This document shows, in pieces, positions 9,712-20,015 of a stretch of 57,725 bases of DNA. How positions within the stretch are numbered: the stretch's first letter is position 1; the number at the start of each line of letters is the position of its first letter. The notes beneath the pieces are model-generated. The model was not told the DNA's origin. It was given only the letters and a program-made list of their open reading frames with translations, and made no database searches. A program made the translations under genes and the position numbers. Source of the DNA: an uncultured Prevotella sp. (GTDB lineage Bacteria > Bacteroidota > Bacteroidia > Bacteroidales > Bacteroidaceae); contig CAUUQE010000001.1 of NCBI GenBank assembly GCA_963547065.1, positions 1 through 57,725 on the forward strand, given 5' to 3'.

Positions 9712-12700
9712 TTAGAATGTAACGTTGATTCCCAAGCTGTAAGTACGGGCGTTGGGGTAAGCAGCTGTATAATAATCGGTCTCAGGATCTAACCCCTTGT
9801 AGGGAGTAATACAGAACAAGTTGTTTGCACTGAAAGAAATTCGCACTTTCGATATAACTTTAGTACGCTCAAGCCACGTTTTGGGCAGGCTCCATCCCAA
9901 TGTAATATTAGACAAGCGGATAAACCATGCATTTTGATAATACCAATCGCCGGAGGTATAGTTAGTATTCCATCCATTAAATGAACATGGGTATTCGGTA
10001 GAAGGATTATCCCACGTCCAGCGTTTCTGAATAAGACGTAAAGCATTGTAGCCGAAACGGGCTAAATCGCCTCCGCCAAGACCATACGCCATCTGTGTAG
10101 GATCTTGCATCTTACGGTCAAACATGCCGTTAAACTGGACACTCAAATCGAAATCTTTGTAGCGGAACGTATTGATAAGACCAGCTAGCCAGCCCGGATC
10201 TTGCGAACCGATAAGCACATTATCGGCATCATCGATGATACCATCAGGCTCTCCTGTGAGGATAAAACGACCGTTTTCGTCTACTATCGGTTGATTATTT
10301 GCATCACGTTTATAGCCATTGATATCTTTGATAACCACTTCGCCCGGACGTAAGTTTGGTTGTGCAGCAGGCACTTTCTCGCCTATCTGAAGGATATGGT
10401 CGGCCAATCGTGAGTAGATAGGGCGTATAGGATCATCTACTTTCTCGTAAACACCGGGCTTCCAGTCGGGCGTACGTTCTTTCCATCGATCTTTATATTT
10501 GGTAAAAGTGAAGTCGGTGGTCCACTTAAAGTCTTTCGTATCGATATTCCTCGTATTGATGGTTACCTCAATACCCGTGCTTTGTGTCTTGCCTACATTT
10601 GCCATAACTTTAGAAACGTCGTGGTAAAAATTAAGAGGATTGTAATTCAGCAAATCAGAAACTATCTTATGATAAAATTCTACACTTGCCAAGATGCGGT
10701 TATTTAAAAATCCCATATCCAAGCCTATGTTCCACTCGGTGGTCGTTTCCCATTTCAAATCAGGATTCTCCAACTTAGAAGGGAATACGCCGATAATCTG
10801 AGATTTGTCTGCACGATTATAGGCAGGAGCTGCAGAATAGCTGGCAAACGCATTGGTACCGATATCTGAATTACCCGTCTGTCCCCAGCTAAGACGCAAT
10901 TTCAGCATGCTCATCCAGTCATATTTCTTCATAAAATCCTCCTCGGTAACCGTCCATCCTAATGCTACAGACGGGAAATATCCCCACTTATGATTTTTGG
11001 CAAAGACACTTGCACCGTCTGAACGCAATGTAGCTGTCAGATAGTAGCGGTCTTTCAGAATATAATTGGTACGGAAGAAATAAGACAACATCTTATTTTT
11101 GGAATATCCCGAGCCTACAATTTTTGTTCCTGTGCCTGCTCCCATATTATTATAAAGAAAGCCATCAGTAAGAAAGTTATTGTTACCGAGATTAGAACCT
11201 TCGTGCTCAAACTGTTCATAAGAAGTTCCTACCAACAAATTTACCTTATGCACATCATTGAAAGTGCGATTATAATTAGCCGTTGCCTCAAGCAGATACT
11301 GATTATTGTCAGTAGTATAAATATCGCCATTTCCCTGCTGTGCTTTCCCCCAAAGAGTGGTTTTAGGCTCATAAGTCTTACGGCTGATATTAGCACGATC
11401 AATGCCTGCATTCACTCTGAGAGTGAGACCATCAATAGGATTAGCTTCTAAATAGATATTGCCCAGCAGACGATCGGTACGTCCTTTGTCTATATCATTT
11501 AGCAGAGAGTATGGGTTGGGCTGTGTTCCCAAAAGCGGATTAACGGGATATTCTCCTGTCTTCGGATCATAGGCCTTGATATGAGGACCCATCTGAACCG
11601 CGGCACGGATAATACCAGACTTTTCATATTGCGCCTCGCCAAGCTGAGTATTATTATTGTCTATACGAGTAAGCGTTATATTGACGCCTGCTTTGAAAAT
11701 ATCAAGAAACTTTTGGTCGATATTACTCTTCAAGGTATAGCGAGTCATTCCCGAGTTCCTGATAATGCCTTCGTTATCATAATAGTTGAGCGACACCATA
11801 TATTGTGTTTCCTTGGAACCGCCTCTAATACTCAAGTTATGTTCCTGTATGTTGCCGTTACGCGTGATCAGTCCTATCCAGTCGGTTCCTGCACCTGCGG
11901 CAGCAATCTCTGCATCGGTATAAGGACGGGTGTATGCCAGTCCGTTCTTAGGCGAAGCAAGTGCCTCGGCCAGTGTACGTTTGCCCCACGGCCCAACTTC
12001 ATTTTCCCATATCCAGTACTCCCATGTAGATTTGTTTTTCTCTACCATCCATTCTTTCAACGAAAGCATATCGTAAGTATCGGAATATTTCTGGAACGAA
12101 TAGTTGTAAGAATAATCTACTTGAGCCTTTCCTTCTTTACCCCGTTTGGTAGTGACGATTACCACTCCATTAGCAGCACGTGCTCCATAGATGGCTGTGG
12201 CACTGGCGTCTTTGAGCACCTCTATGCTTTCTATGTCGTTCGGATTTAGAAAATTGAGCACTCCCTGAGTACCTGGATTCATACGATCGTTTACACCTTT
12301 AACTTGGTCTAATTTGGCAATGGGGAAACCGTCTACAATATATAACGGATCGTTATTGGCATTTACGGAGCCGGCACCACGCACAAGAATATCAAGGCCG
12401 CCGCCCGGCTGTGCCGAATTCTGTCTCACATACAGTCCTGCAGCCTTGCCGGCTAAAGCATGGGCAGCCGAAGCCACACCTGCTAAAGCTACATCACTCC
12501 CTTTCACAGAAGAAATGGCACCTGTCAGATCGCGCTTCTTCATCTTCCCATAACCTACCACAACCACTTCGTCTAACGCCTTGCTGTCTTCACGTAGCAG
12601 AATTTCCATCGTACCTTGAGTCGCTTTCACCTCTTGCGTAGTAAAGCCAAGGAAAGATACCGTGAGCATGCTGTTAGGGGTAACATCTAAACTGAACCTA

Positions 12701-13158
12701 CCTTCAAGGTCAGTAACCGTTCCGTTGCTGGTTCCTTTTTCTTTCACACTCGCACCGATGACAGGTTCTCCATCATCATCGCGTACGACGCCTTTCACAA
12801 CTCTGTGCTGTCCCTTAGACTGCTGTGTTCTGACTTCTTTTTGAGGATTGTCGGACACTACTATCGATTTATCCGACACAATGGTGTACTGTAGGCCACG
12901 TGCAGGCAGTACTGAGTTGAGCACCGTAGATACAGCAGCATTGGTATACGAAACTGTTACATCGCGCCTATCGCCGACAACCGCGTTACGATACGAGAAG
13001 CGATAAGTAGTCTGCCTCTCTATAGCACTAAACATTTGCTTAAGCGAAACGTTCTTCAGATTAACGGTTACCGTCTGTCCCTGAGCATAGGCGCCCAAAC
13101 AAACCACACACAGTAACAGCATCAATACGCAATACTTAATTTCATGGCGTATATCCAT
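9712..13158 (-). CDS. SusC/RagA TonB-dependent transporter with N-terminal STN signalling domain
   Basis: STN-like N-terminus (LKQMFSAIERQTTYRFSY), carboxypeptidase-like domain, DIESIEVLKDASATAIYGARAANGV and C-terminal Phe. Confidence 0.95.
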   Translation of the reverse strand: MDIRHEIKYCVLMLLLCVVCLGAYAQGQTVTVNLKNVSLKQMFSAIERQTTYRFSYRNAVVGDRRDVTVSYTNAAVSTVLNSVLPARGLQYTIVSDKSIVVSDNPQKEVRTQQSKGQHRVVKGVVRDDDGEPVIGASVKEKGTSNGTVTDLEGRFSLDVTPNSMLTVSFLGFTTQEVKATQGTMEILLREDSKALDEVVVVGYGKMKKRDLTGAISSVKGSDVALAGVASAAHALAGKAAGLYVRQNSAQPGGGLDILVRGAGSVNANNDPLYIVDGFPIAKLDQVKGVNDRMNPGTQGVLNFLNPNDIESIEVLKDASATAIYGARAANGVVIVTTKRGKEGKAQVDYSYNYSFQKYSDTYDMLSLKEWMVEKNKSTWEYWIWENEVGPWGKRTLAEALASPKNGLAYTRPYTDAEIAAAGAGTDWIGLITRNGNIQEHNLSIRGGSKETQYMVSLNYYDNEGIIRNSGMTRYTLKSNIDQKFLDIFKAGVNITLTRIDNNNTQLGEAQYEKSGIIRAAVQMGPHIKAYDPKTGEYPVNPLLGTQPNPYSLLNDIDKGRTDRLLGNIYLEANPIDGLTLRVNAGIDRANISRKTYEPKTTLWGKAQQGNGDIYTTDNNQYLLEATANYNRTFNDVHKVNLLVGTSYEQFEHEGSNLGNNNFLTDGFLYNNMGAGTGTKIVGSGYSKNKMLSYFFRTNYILKDRYYLTATLRSDGASVFAKNHKWGYFPSVALGWTVTEEDFMKKYDWMSMLKLRLSWGQTGNSDIGTNAFASYSAAPAYNRADKSQIIGVFPSKLENPDLKWETTTEWNIGLDMGFLNNRILASVEFYHKIVSDLLNYNPLNFYHDVSKVMANVGKTQSTGIEVTINTRNIDTKDFKWTTDFTFTKYKDRWKERTPDWKPGVYEKVDDPIRPIYSRLADHILQIGEKVPAAQPNLRPGEVVIKDINGYKRDANNQPIVDENGRFILTGEPDGIIDDADNVLIGSQDPGWLAGLINTFRYKDFDLSVQFNGMFDRKMQDPTQMAYGLGGGDLARFGYNALRLIQKRWTWDNPSTEYPCSFNGWNTNYTSGDWYYQNAWFIRLSNITLGWSLPKTWLERTKVISKVRISFSANNLFCITPYKGLDPETDYYTAAYPNARTYSLGINVTF

Positions 13159-13621
13159 ATTGTAATCATTTATTTAAAGTTAAACATTCTATTTCCGTTG
13201 TCACGGCATATTAGATCTGTAAGGGTTAGACAAATTCGCAAAGGTATTGTACTGATAAACACTTATTTTTTAACAAAAACAAACATTTGGACAGCAGCAA
13301 AACGTTACATATGCATAAGTCTTCCGTTCTTATACCTATTGAATAACGGGTATACATCCACCTTGTATCGACAATACAGCATTGGTGTAAGGAGCATACA
13401 CCATTACTCTATGAAATACAGTCGCAATTTTCATGATACGCGATGTACAGACTTTCCGTTATAGCACTCTCATAGGGATGCTTTTCAAACAAGAATATAA
13501 TGTATCTCCTTGACTTAGGTAATAGCGATGAGGCTTTTCATAGGCGTATAAGGAGAGATTATCACGTATTTATTTTCAGGCAAGAATCTTTTTAAAAACA
13601 TGCCTTTCATTGATATGATGC

Positions 13622-13651
13622 GGGCAGCACGCAATATATAGCATGCTGCCC
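13622..13651 (-). terminator. Probable terminator hairpin downstream of the second susD
   Basis: GGGCAGCACGC-AATATATA-GCATGCTGCCC, about 40 bp past the susD stop. Confidence 0.55.
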
Positions 13652-13688
13652 ACACATAAGAAACGTCTGTATAAAGACTATAGAATGT

Positions 13689-15275
13689 TTATTTATAGCG
13701 CCCTGTGTCCCACCATACGCGCACGTTCATGCCATCCCCTTTGCCATTGTTGAGCGTTGTAGCTTTGGCGTTAGGGTTCTCTCGCAGTTCCGTATCGGTA
13801 TAGCGCAGCTTCTTTACGAACTCTCCGTTGGCCGCGTTGATAGCCGAATTGAGGCTTACAGCGACAGGCGTAAGCGCTGGATAGCCCGTGCGACGGAATT
13901 CGCTCCATGCTTCTACGCCATCGGGATATAGTGCGAGCCACTTTTGAGTGATGATCTGTCGCAGATGTCCTTCCTGTGTAGATTGCGAACTCCATGCTAC
14001 TGAGCCCGTCGTCTTGTAAGTATTATCATCGACCGTACTATAAAGTGTGCTGGCTACATCGGCACGTTCGGCATCGAACGAGGCCTGTATGCCTTTCAAA
14101 TACTCATCTTCTGCCGTGCCTGCACCTGTCCAGCCGCGCAGAGAGGCCTCTGCTTTAAGGAAGCAAACCTCGGCATATTCCATCACTTTCTGCCGTTTGG
14201 CAACGTTGAAAGAAGTAGTTTTGTCGTCTTTACTGTTCCATGCCGGCAAGGTTTGCAAGCCCCATACGTACGATTTGTCGGGATATGTAGCAATGTCTTC
14301 CGATGCCAATCCGTTCGGAATGCCTGCAAACTTAGGAGCTGCGGCGGTAGATGTTTCCGTGTGGCCGAACCAAAGCGCCGTGCGTGGATCTTGCACCGAG
14401 CTCGTTTGTTTCAGCATATTTTCCATTGTTTTGCTCATACAGAACTCGCCCCAACCCGATATCTGGAACAGTGGCCAGCCGTTGGCACCTGTTCCGGAGA
14501 TATAAACTCCTGCATTATCTTGGTTGCTGCTCATCAGTCCGCCGGTAGCTGCAAGCGCGGCTTCGCCCTCTTTCTTGGCCGTTTCCGGATCGATGTAAGC
14601 CAATCGCAACGCATAACGAAGGCGCAAAGAGTTGGCCAATTTGATCCATTTACCGAGGTCTCCGTCGAAAATAAGGTCTTGGTTAGCCTTGTATGTCACC
14701 ATCGAAGCATTCGTAAGATTGGCATTCAAGGAGTCTACTGCTTCTGTCAGTTCCTTGAATATCGCCGTATAGATGCTCTGCTGACTATCATATTTAGCCT
14801 GACTGCTGCCCTCTGCTCCCTCCGTATAGGGAATGTCGCCGAAAATATCCGTAGTTTGAGCCGTGCAACGGGCGGTGAATATTCGCATAGTTTGCAGGAT
14901 ATTGCCATATTCGGGCCGTGCTTCAGTAATTTCTTTCGCCTTCTTAAACTGTTTCAGAACGCCCACATAATAAGAGTTCCAGAAACCGTCGGTCACCCAA
15001 TTGCTTTTATACGAGTAGCTGTCTGATGAGAAATAAGCGGCCGAATTGGCGAAATACTGTGCATAAAGATTAGTGTGGAGATTATCTCCCACCTGATATT
15101 CCCAAGAAGCAATGCGTGCTCCCTGCTCTTGGATATAGGGCATCATGTAATCAGGATTGCCCGACGTGATACCCATAGGATCGCTGTTCATCGAGTCGAA
15201 AGAATCCGTACAGCTCACGCCAACTCCGCATACGGCAAGAGCAAGCCCCATTGTTTTAATGATATTGCATTTCAT
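13689..15275 (-). CDS. SusD-like lipoprotein (SusD-like_2 type)
   Basis: Start reassigned to the ATG at 15275 (MKCNIIKTMGLALAVCGVGVSC, lipobox); motifs TDIFGDIPY, ANSLRLRYALR, IITQKWLA, EAWSEFRRTGYP and VWWD. Confidence 0.9.
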   Translation of the reverse strand: MKCNIIKTMGLALAVCGVGVSCTDSFDSMNSDPMGITSGNPDYMMPYIQEQGARIASWEYQVGDNLHTNLYAQYFANSAAYFSSDSYSYKSNWVTDGFWNSYYVGVLKQFKKAKEITEARPEYGNILQTMRIFTARCTAQTTDIFGDIPYTEGAEGSSQAKYDSQQSIYTAIFKELTEAVDSLNANLTNASMVTYKANQDLIFDGDLGKWIKLANSLRLRYALRLAYIDPETAKKEGEAALAATGGLMSSNQDNAGVYISGTGANGWPLFQISGWGEFCMSKTMENMLKQTSSVQDPRTALWFGHTETSTAAAPKFAGIPNGLASEDIATYPDKSYVWGLQTLPAWNSKDDKTTSFNVAKRQKVMEYAEVCFLKAEASLRGWTGAGTAEDEYLKGIQASFDAERADVASTLYSTVDDNTYKTTGSVAWSSQSTQEGHLRQIITQKWLALYPDGVEAWSEFRRTGYPALTPVAVSLNSAINAANGEFVKKLRYTDTELRENPNAKATTLNNGKGDGMNVRVWWDTGRYK

Positions 15276-15288
15276 GATCGTGCTTGTT

Positions 15289-18200
15289 TTAGAATTTAAC
15301 GTTGAGAGAGATACCATAGCTTCGCGTCGGAGGCATAGATGCCAGCTCGAATGCCTGTGCATAATCGTTGCGGGAGAATGCACCTTCGGGGTTGACGGGA
15401 GCCGCCTTATAGAAATAGAACAGGTCGCGACCGACTAAAGACACTTTTACATACTTTATCGGAGTGTTGCGGAACCACGCTTGCGGAAGAATGTAACCAA
15501 GAGAAAGTTCGCGCATCTTTACATACGAACCTTTATAAATAAACTCTTCCATGATGCCGTCGGGACCGGCAACTTTCGTCCAATAGTTCTCTGCACTTAC
15601 GCCCTTGGTGTTCTGTTGCCCGCTTTCGGTTACGCCGTCTACAACGATCTGCTGTCCGTTTTCGCGCCCGTAAAGCGTACGGGCGGCTGTTCCCTGCTGA
15701 CAGGCATAATTGTCGGTGTTCGAAATGAAGTCGCCTCCCTGCCTTACATCTACCAAAGCCGAAAGCATGAAGTCTTTATATCGAAGCGTATTGCCTATAG
15801 AACCCGTCCAATTAGGGAGCATATTTCCGATGACTTGGTCGGATACGCTTTGGGGTAACCCATTGTCATCTACCACAATTCGTCCTTGATCATCGCGTTT
15901 GTAAGCTTTCCCGATGATGTCTCCATATTTGCCTCCCGACTCTACGACCACGCTCCCAGAACGAATTTCGCCGAGTGTAAAGCGCGAGATTTCACGGTCT
16001 AACGACTCGCAGCGCGTACGGTTAAGTCCCCAGTTCAGACTGATGTCCCAGTTCCAGTCCTTGGTCTTGACCGGCGTTCCCGTAAGCATCAGTTCGTATC
16101 CGTGACTCTTAATCTTGCCGGCATTGATCAACTTCTGCGTATAACCGGATGATCCGGGCATATCGACACTCAATATTTGATTCTTGGTTGTGGTGGAATA
16201 GTATGTAAAATCTATGCCCAAACGGTTGTCGAAGAAACGTGCTTCCGTGCCGATTTCACCCGACACGGTGGATTCAGGCTTGAGATTTTCCAACGATTTG
16301 ATTTTACCGATATACTCTTTAATGATGTTCGGGTTCACTTTATCGCCCTCAGGATCGTTCTTATCGCCCGATGTCCAAAGGTAATAGTAGGTGGCCAGCT
16401 TGTAGGGATCGGTATCGTTGCCCACTTGCGCAAGCGATCCGCGCACCTTCCAGTAATTCACCCACTCGGGCAGTTTCAGCATCTGCGATAGGATAACGCT
16501 GGCACTAACCGAAGGATAGAAGTAAGAACGGTTGTTTCGGGGCAGCGTAGACGACCAGTCGTTGCGCCCCGTAACGTCGAGATATACCATGTTTTTGTAG
16601 CCCAACGTAGCACCGAAGAATACCGACTGTATTTCTTTTTTCGAATAACCTTCGCCCGTTGTCTGGGTAAGACCGTTGGCCAAGTTCTTCACGCGCGGTA
16701 TGGCAAACAGGCCCGATGAACCGTACAGGCTCTCATACTTCATATTCATGACCGATGTTCCGAGGTTTGCATTTACAGAAAAATCGCCAAACGTTTTGTC
16801 GAAATACAGAATAAGATCGGCAGTGAACTCCTTGTTGGTGAGCGTGCTGTTAAGATATTGCGATGCCGTAGACGTGGGGTCGGGCAGCGCGTTGTAGTTC
16901 TTAAGATGGTCGTTATACCAGTCTACGCCCGCGCGCCCCGTGAGACGAAGCCAATCTGTAAACTGATACGACGCGCTGAGCTGCCCTATAATGCGGTTGC
17001 GTTCCATTCTGCTGCCGTTTTCCTCGTCTGTCAAGGCATAAGGATTGGCGTAGTTATCGCTCGGCCCCGACCAGTTTACGGCATTATTAATATAGCTTCC
17101 CGTGCCGCGCGGGTTCTTCAGATCGGCAAGACGGATACCTCTCGGCATCTTCACCAGCTGTACCATCAGCCCGTATTCGCCCTGTCCCGGGCGATTGAAA
17201 GTGAGCTCACGCATATAATTCATCTTGGCCCCGATGGTCAGACTCTTGTTCTTAAACTCGGTGTTCAGGCTGAAATACTGGCGATTTTGCTTGTAGTTGG
17301 GCACGATGTCGTCGGCTCTGGAGTCGGTAAACGACAGGCGCCCCGACAGAAATTCGCCTCCGGCCGCCGCCGTGACCGTATTAGTGTAGGTCACGCCGGT
17401 TTCGTAGAAATCCTTGATATAGTCCTTCTGCGGCGTCAGCCCATACGAAGTGTAGCGGCTATCGCCGTACAACATCTGCCGCCAGTTACCTATCCGCTGG
17501 CCTTCCATCTTAGGTCCCCAGCTCATTTGCGACCTTATGTCGTACGTGCCGCCCGAACCTTGGCCGTAAACATTCTGGTAATCGTAGGGCGAGTAAACGC
17601 TTGAAATGCTGAGATTTCCGTTATATTCCAGCGTCAGAGGCTGCCCCTGCCGACCTTTCTTAGTAGTGATAACGATGGCGCCGTTCTGTGCGCGCGAGCC
17701 GTAGAGAGCTGCCGCATTGGCTCCCTTGAGCACCGATATGCTCTCGATGTCTTCGGGATTAATCTCTGATGCTGCCCCTGCATAGTCGCTGCCGCCCCAC
17801 TGATCGGCCTGTTCCGTAGTACCGTCGTTGATGGGAAGACCGTCTACCACCCACAGCGGCTGGTTATTGCCGCTCAGAGAGTTGAGTCCTCGCATGATGA
17901 TGCGTGTGGAACCGCCCAGCCCCGTGCCCGACTGCGCGATCTGCACGCCCGCCACTTTGCCCTGCAGCATATTCGACACGCTCTGCGATTTGTTCTCCGT
18001 GAGCGCGCTCGTGTTCACTTCTTGCATAGCATAGCCCAAGGCCTTCTTCTCGCGCTTGATGCCTAAAGCCGTCACGACGACCTCGTTCAATTCCGATGAA
18101 ACGGGCTTCAGCACCACTCTGACAGTGCTCCTCGCGCCGACAGAGACCTCTGCAGTTTCGTAGCCCAGATAAGACACGACGAGCGTTGCGCCGTCGTCTG

Positions 18201-18462
18201 CCTACAGCGAGAACCGTCCGTCCAGATCGGTGACGCCCCCGCTTTTCGTCCCTTTCGCATAGACACTGGCTCCGACGACAGCCTCGCCGTTTTCGTCGAG
18301 CACGATTCCCGTCACCCTCTTCTGCGCCTGCTGCTGCCGTTCGGCGCTGCCCTGCAGAGAATTTGCTGCCACCAAAGGAACGCTTGTTCCGAGCAGACCG
18401 GCAAGAAGGAGCATAGCAAGTCTCCTTCTGCCCAAGTTTGTTTGTCGTTTAAGGTTTTTCAT
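15289..18462 (-). pseudogene. SusC/RagA TonB-dependent transporter interrupted by a single in-frame TAG at 18204-18202
   Basis: ORFs 18202-18462 and 15289-18177 share a frame and read ...DLDGRFSL*ADDGATLVVSYLGY..., a continuous carboxypeptidase-like domain. Downstream SusC motifs are intact (VVTALGIKRE, VLKGANAAALYGSRA, C-terminal F). Confidence 0.85.
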
Positions 18463-18630
18463 TTTGTTTTAAAAGTTTAATAGATAGTAAAAAAAATAGT
18501 ATAGTATGCTGATTTCTGTTGCCGTGGCTTCCTCTGCGAGCCATAGTCTCGGTGGGCGCCACCCCGCGCCTTGCAGGTGCAGATATGCCCAGTGAGCCGC
18601 GCCGGCGCACGTTCTGAAGCCGCTCGGCGA

Positions 18631-18705
18631 GCCGTCTAAACCTGTCCCGCATGCCGTCTGAATCGCTCGGCAGGTCGCCTAAACCTGTCTGGCGGGCCGT
18701 CTGAA
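18631..18705. repeat. Degenerate 21-22 bp-period array with GCCGTCT(G/A)AA cores
   Basis: Cores at 18631 (GCCGTCTAAA), 18653 (GCCGTCTGAA), 18674 (GTCGCCTAAA) and 18696 (GCCGTCTGAA). Confidence 0.65.
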
Positions 18706-18822
18706 TCACCTCACGGACATGCTAAAAACTCGAGCGGCATACTGAACCATTCGGGCGGGCATACTGAAAGTTCAGAGCCTCTTTACCTGCCCGCTTTCTC
18801 TGCATCAAGTGCAGGCCCGCAG

Positions 18823-18897
18823 AATCTGTCGACTAATTTTCAAAATCTGTCGACTAATTTTCAAAATCTGTCGACTAAATTTTTAGAATCTGTCGAC
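18823..18897. repeat. Tandem repeat: 4 copies of AATCTGTCGAC with period 21/21/22 bp
   Basis: Cores start at 18823, 18844, 18865 and 18887; full unit AATCTGTCGACTAATTTTCAA. Confidence 0.9.
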
Positions 18898-18958
18898 ACA
18901 TTTCGTAAGAAGTGACGTCATCCCCTGCGGAGGCGGGCGTAATGTTTCAAAGAAGCGG

Positions 18959-18992
18959 GCGTCGCCCCGCGCTCTGGACGGCGCTGCGACGC
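18959..18992 (-). terminator. GC-rich hairpin just downstream of the phosphoesterase
   Basis: GCGTCGC...GCGACGC inverted repeat ending about 12 bp from the stop codon. Confidence 0.35.
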
Positions 18993-19003
18993 TTTCGGGG
19001 AGC

Positions 19004-20011
19004 TTATTCCGAGGGCCGGCGCGCGCGCCAGTCGTCTTTTGTGTAGCTGTCGGGATAGGTGGTGCGGCAGAGCTGTTCGCCCGTCGTTTGCCGGATGTAG
19101 GTGTCGAACCGCCGTTGTCTTTCTTTGAGAACGATGATCCTTGCGCCGTTGGGCAGATGGTTGTACTCTGTGTTTCCGCCCGAAAAACGGCCGTAGGCAA
19201 GCAGCACGTCGTGCCGCATGACAGAGTAATCGTTGTCGTGATCATGGCCTACGAAGATGCCCATCACGTCGCCGCATTCTTTCATGGCTGCGAACATGCC
19301 GGTGTTGAGTTTGGGCGAACAGGCTGTTTCCATGCGCGTGCCGATCATGATGTCGTCTTCCGTGGCCGATGCTTGATTGTATTCGGGCAGCGGGATGTGG
19401 AAGAAGGCCAGCGAGGGCACGGGCGCTCCGCCGTTTTCGGTCGTGAACTTGCGGCTCTGCCGGCGATACCAGTCTATTTGTTCGAACGTGAGCCACGCGT
19501 AGCCGTCTATGCTTTTCAGCTGCGACATGGCGTGAGAGTCCATGCAATAGAGCAGGGCGGCGGCGGTGTTTCCCGTAGATGGTTTCACCTGCAGCACGTA
19601 GTCGGGCGAGCGGCGGCCGTTGCGTTCGGGCTGTATGTTGTTCGGTGCGCTGCATATCTGGTCGTAGAGTGCTTCGTTGGTGGTGGCTCCTTCTGCGGCG
19701 TCGTGGTTGCCGAAGAGCACGACGAATGGCACGTTTTGCGCCGACAGGCATTCGAGAACGTCGCTCATGGCCTCGCTGCCCGGGTGGGAATATATCACGT
19801 CGCCCGTTACTACGATGAGATCGGGGTGCTCGGCCCGTACCACTGCTTTGATGCAGCGTAGCGCCGAGGCGGAATTGGGGTTGCCCTTGGCGTAGTGCAG
19901 ATCGGTGAATTGGGCGATTTTGAACTCGCCGTTCTCGTGGAATCTGAGCTCTTGTGCTCCGATGGTCGCCGCCATGAGGCAGCCGATGCAGAAGAGTGCC
20001 GGTCGTTTCAT
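19004..20011 (-). CDS. Secreted calcineurin-like metallophosphoesterase (Dcr2-like)
   Basis: Signal peptide; motifs FTDLH, VTGD, FGNHD, FFHIPLPEY and GHDHDND. Confidence 0.9.
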   Translation of the reverse strand: MKRPALFCIGCLMAATIGAQELRFHENGEFKIAQFTDLHYAKGNPNSASALRCIKAVVRAEHPDLIVVTGDVIYSHPGSEAMSDVLECLSAQNVPFVVLFGNHDAAEGATTNEALYDQICSAPNNIQPERNGRRSPDYVLQVKPSTGNTAAALLYCMDSHAMSQLKSIDGYAWLTFEQIDWYRRQSRKFTTENGGAPVPSLAFFHIPLPEYNQASATEDDIMIGTRMETACSPKLNTGMFAAMKECGDVMGIFVGHDHDNDYSVMRHDVLLAYGRFSGGNTEYNHLPNGARIIVLKERQRRFDTYIRQTTGEQLCRTTYPDSYTKDDWRARRPSE

Positions 20012-20015
20012 GGCT

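Noticed and set aside
15276..15383. Extended ORF-track N-termini (also 24408, 25439, 42437, 56063)
   Set aside because: They overlap upstream genes or intergenic DNA; downstream ATGs give proper signal peptides or family-typical starts.
18202..18204. Genome-wide TAG reassignment (alternative genetic code)
   Set aside because: TAG ends several full-length genes here at the expected position (GH109, AGE, ROK, parB, lpxB).
18449..18709. 86-aa ORF upstream of susC
   Set aside because: It is an Arg-rich translation of the GC-rich repeat region and overlaps the susC start.
18823..18897. CRISPR array
   Set aside because: Units are 21-22 bp with near-identical linkers, there are no unique spacers, and no cas genes are in the window.
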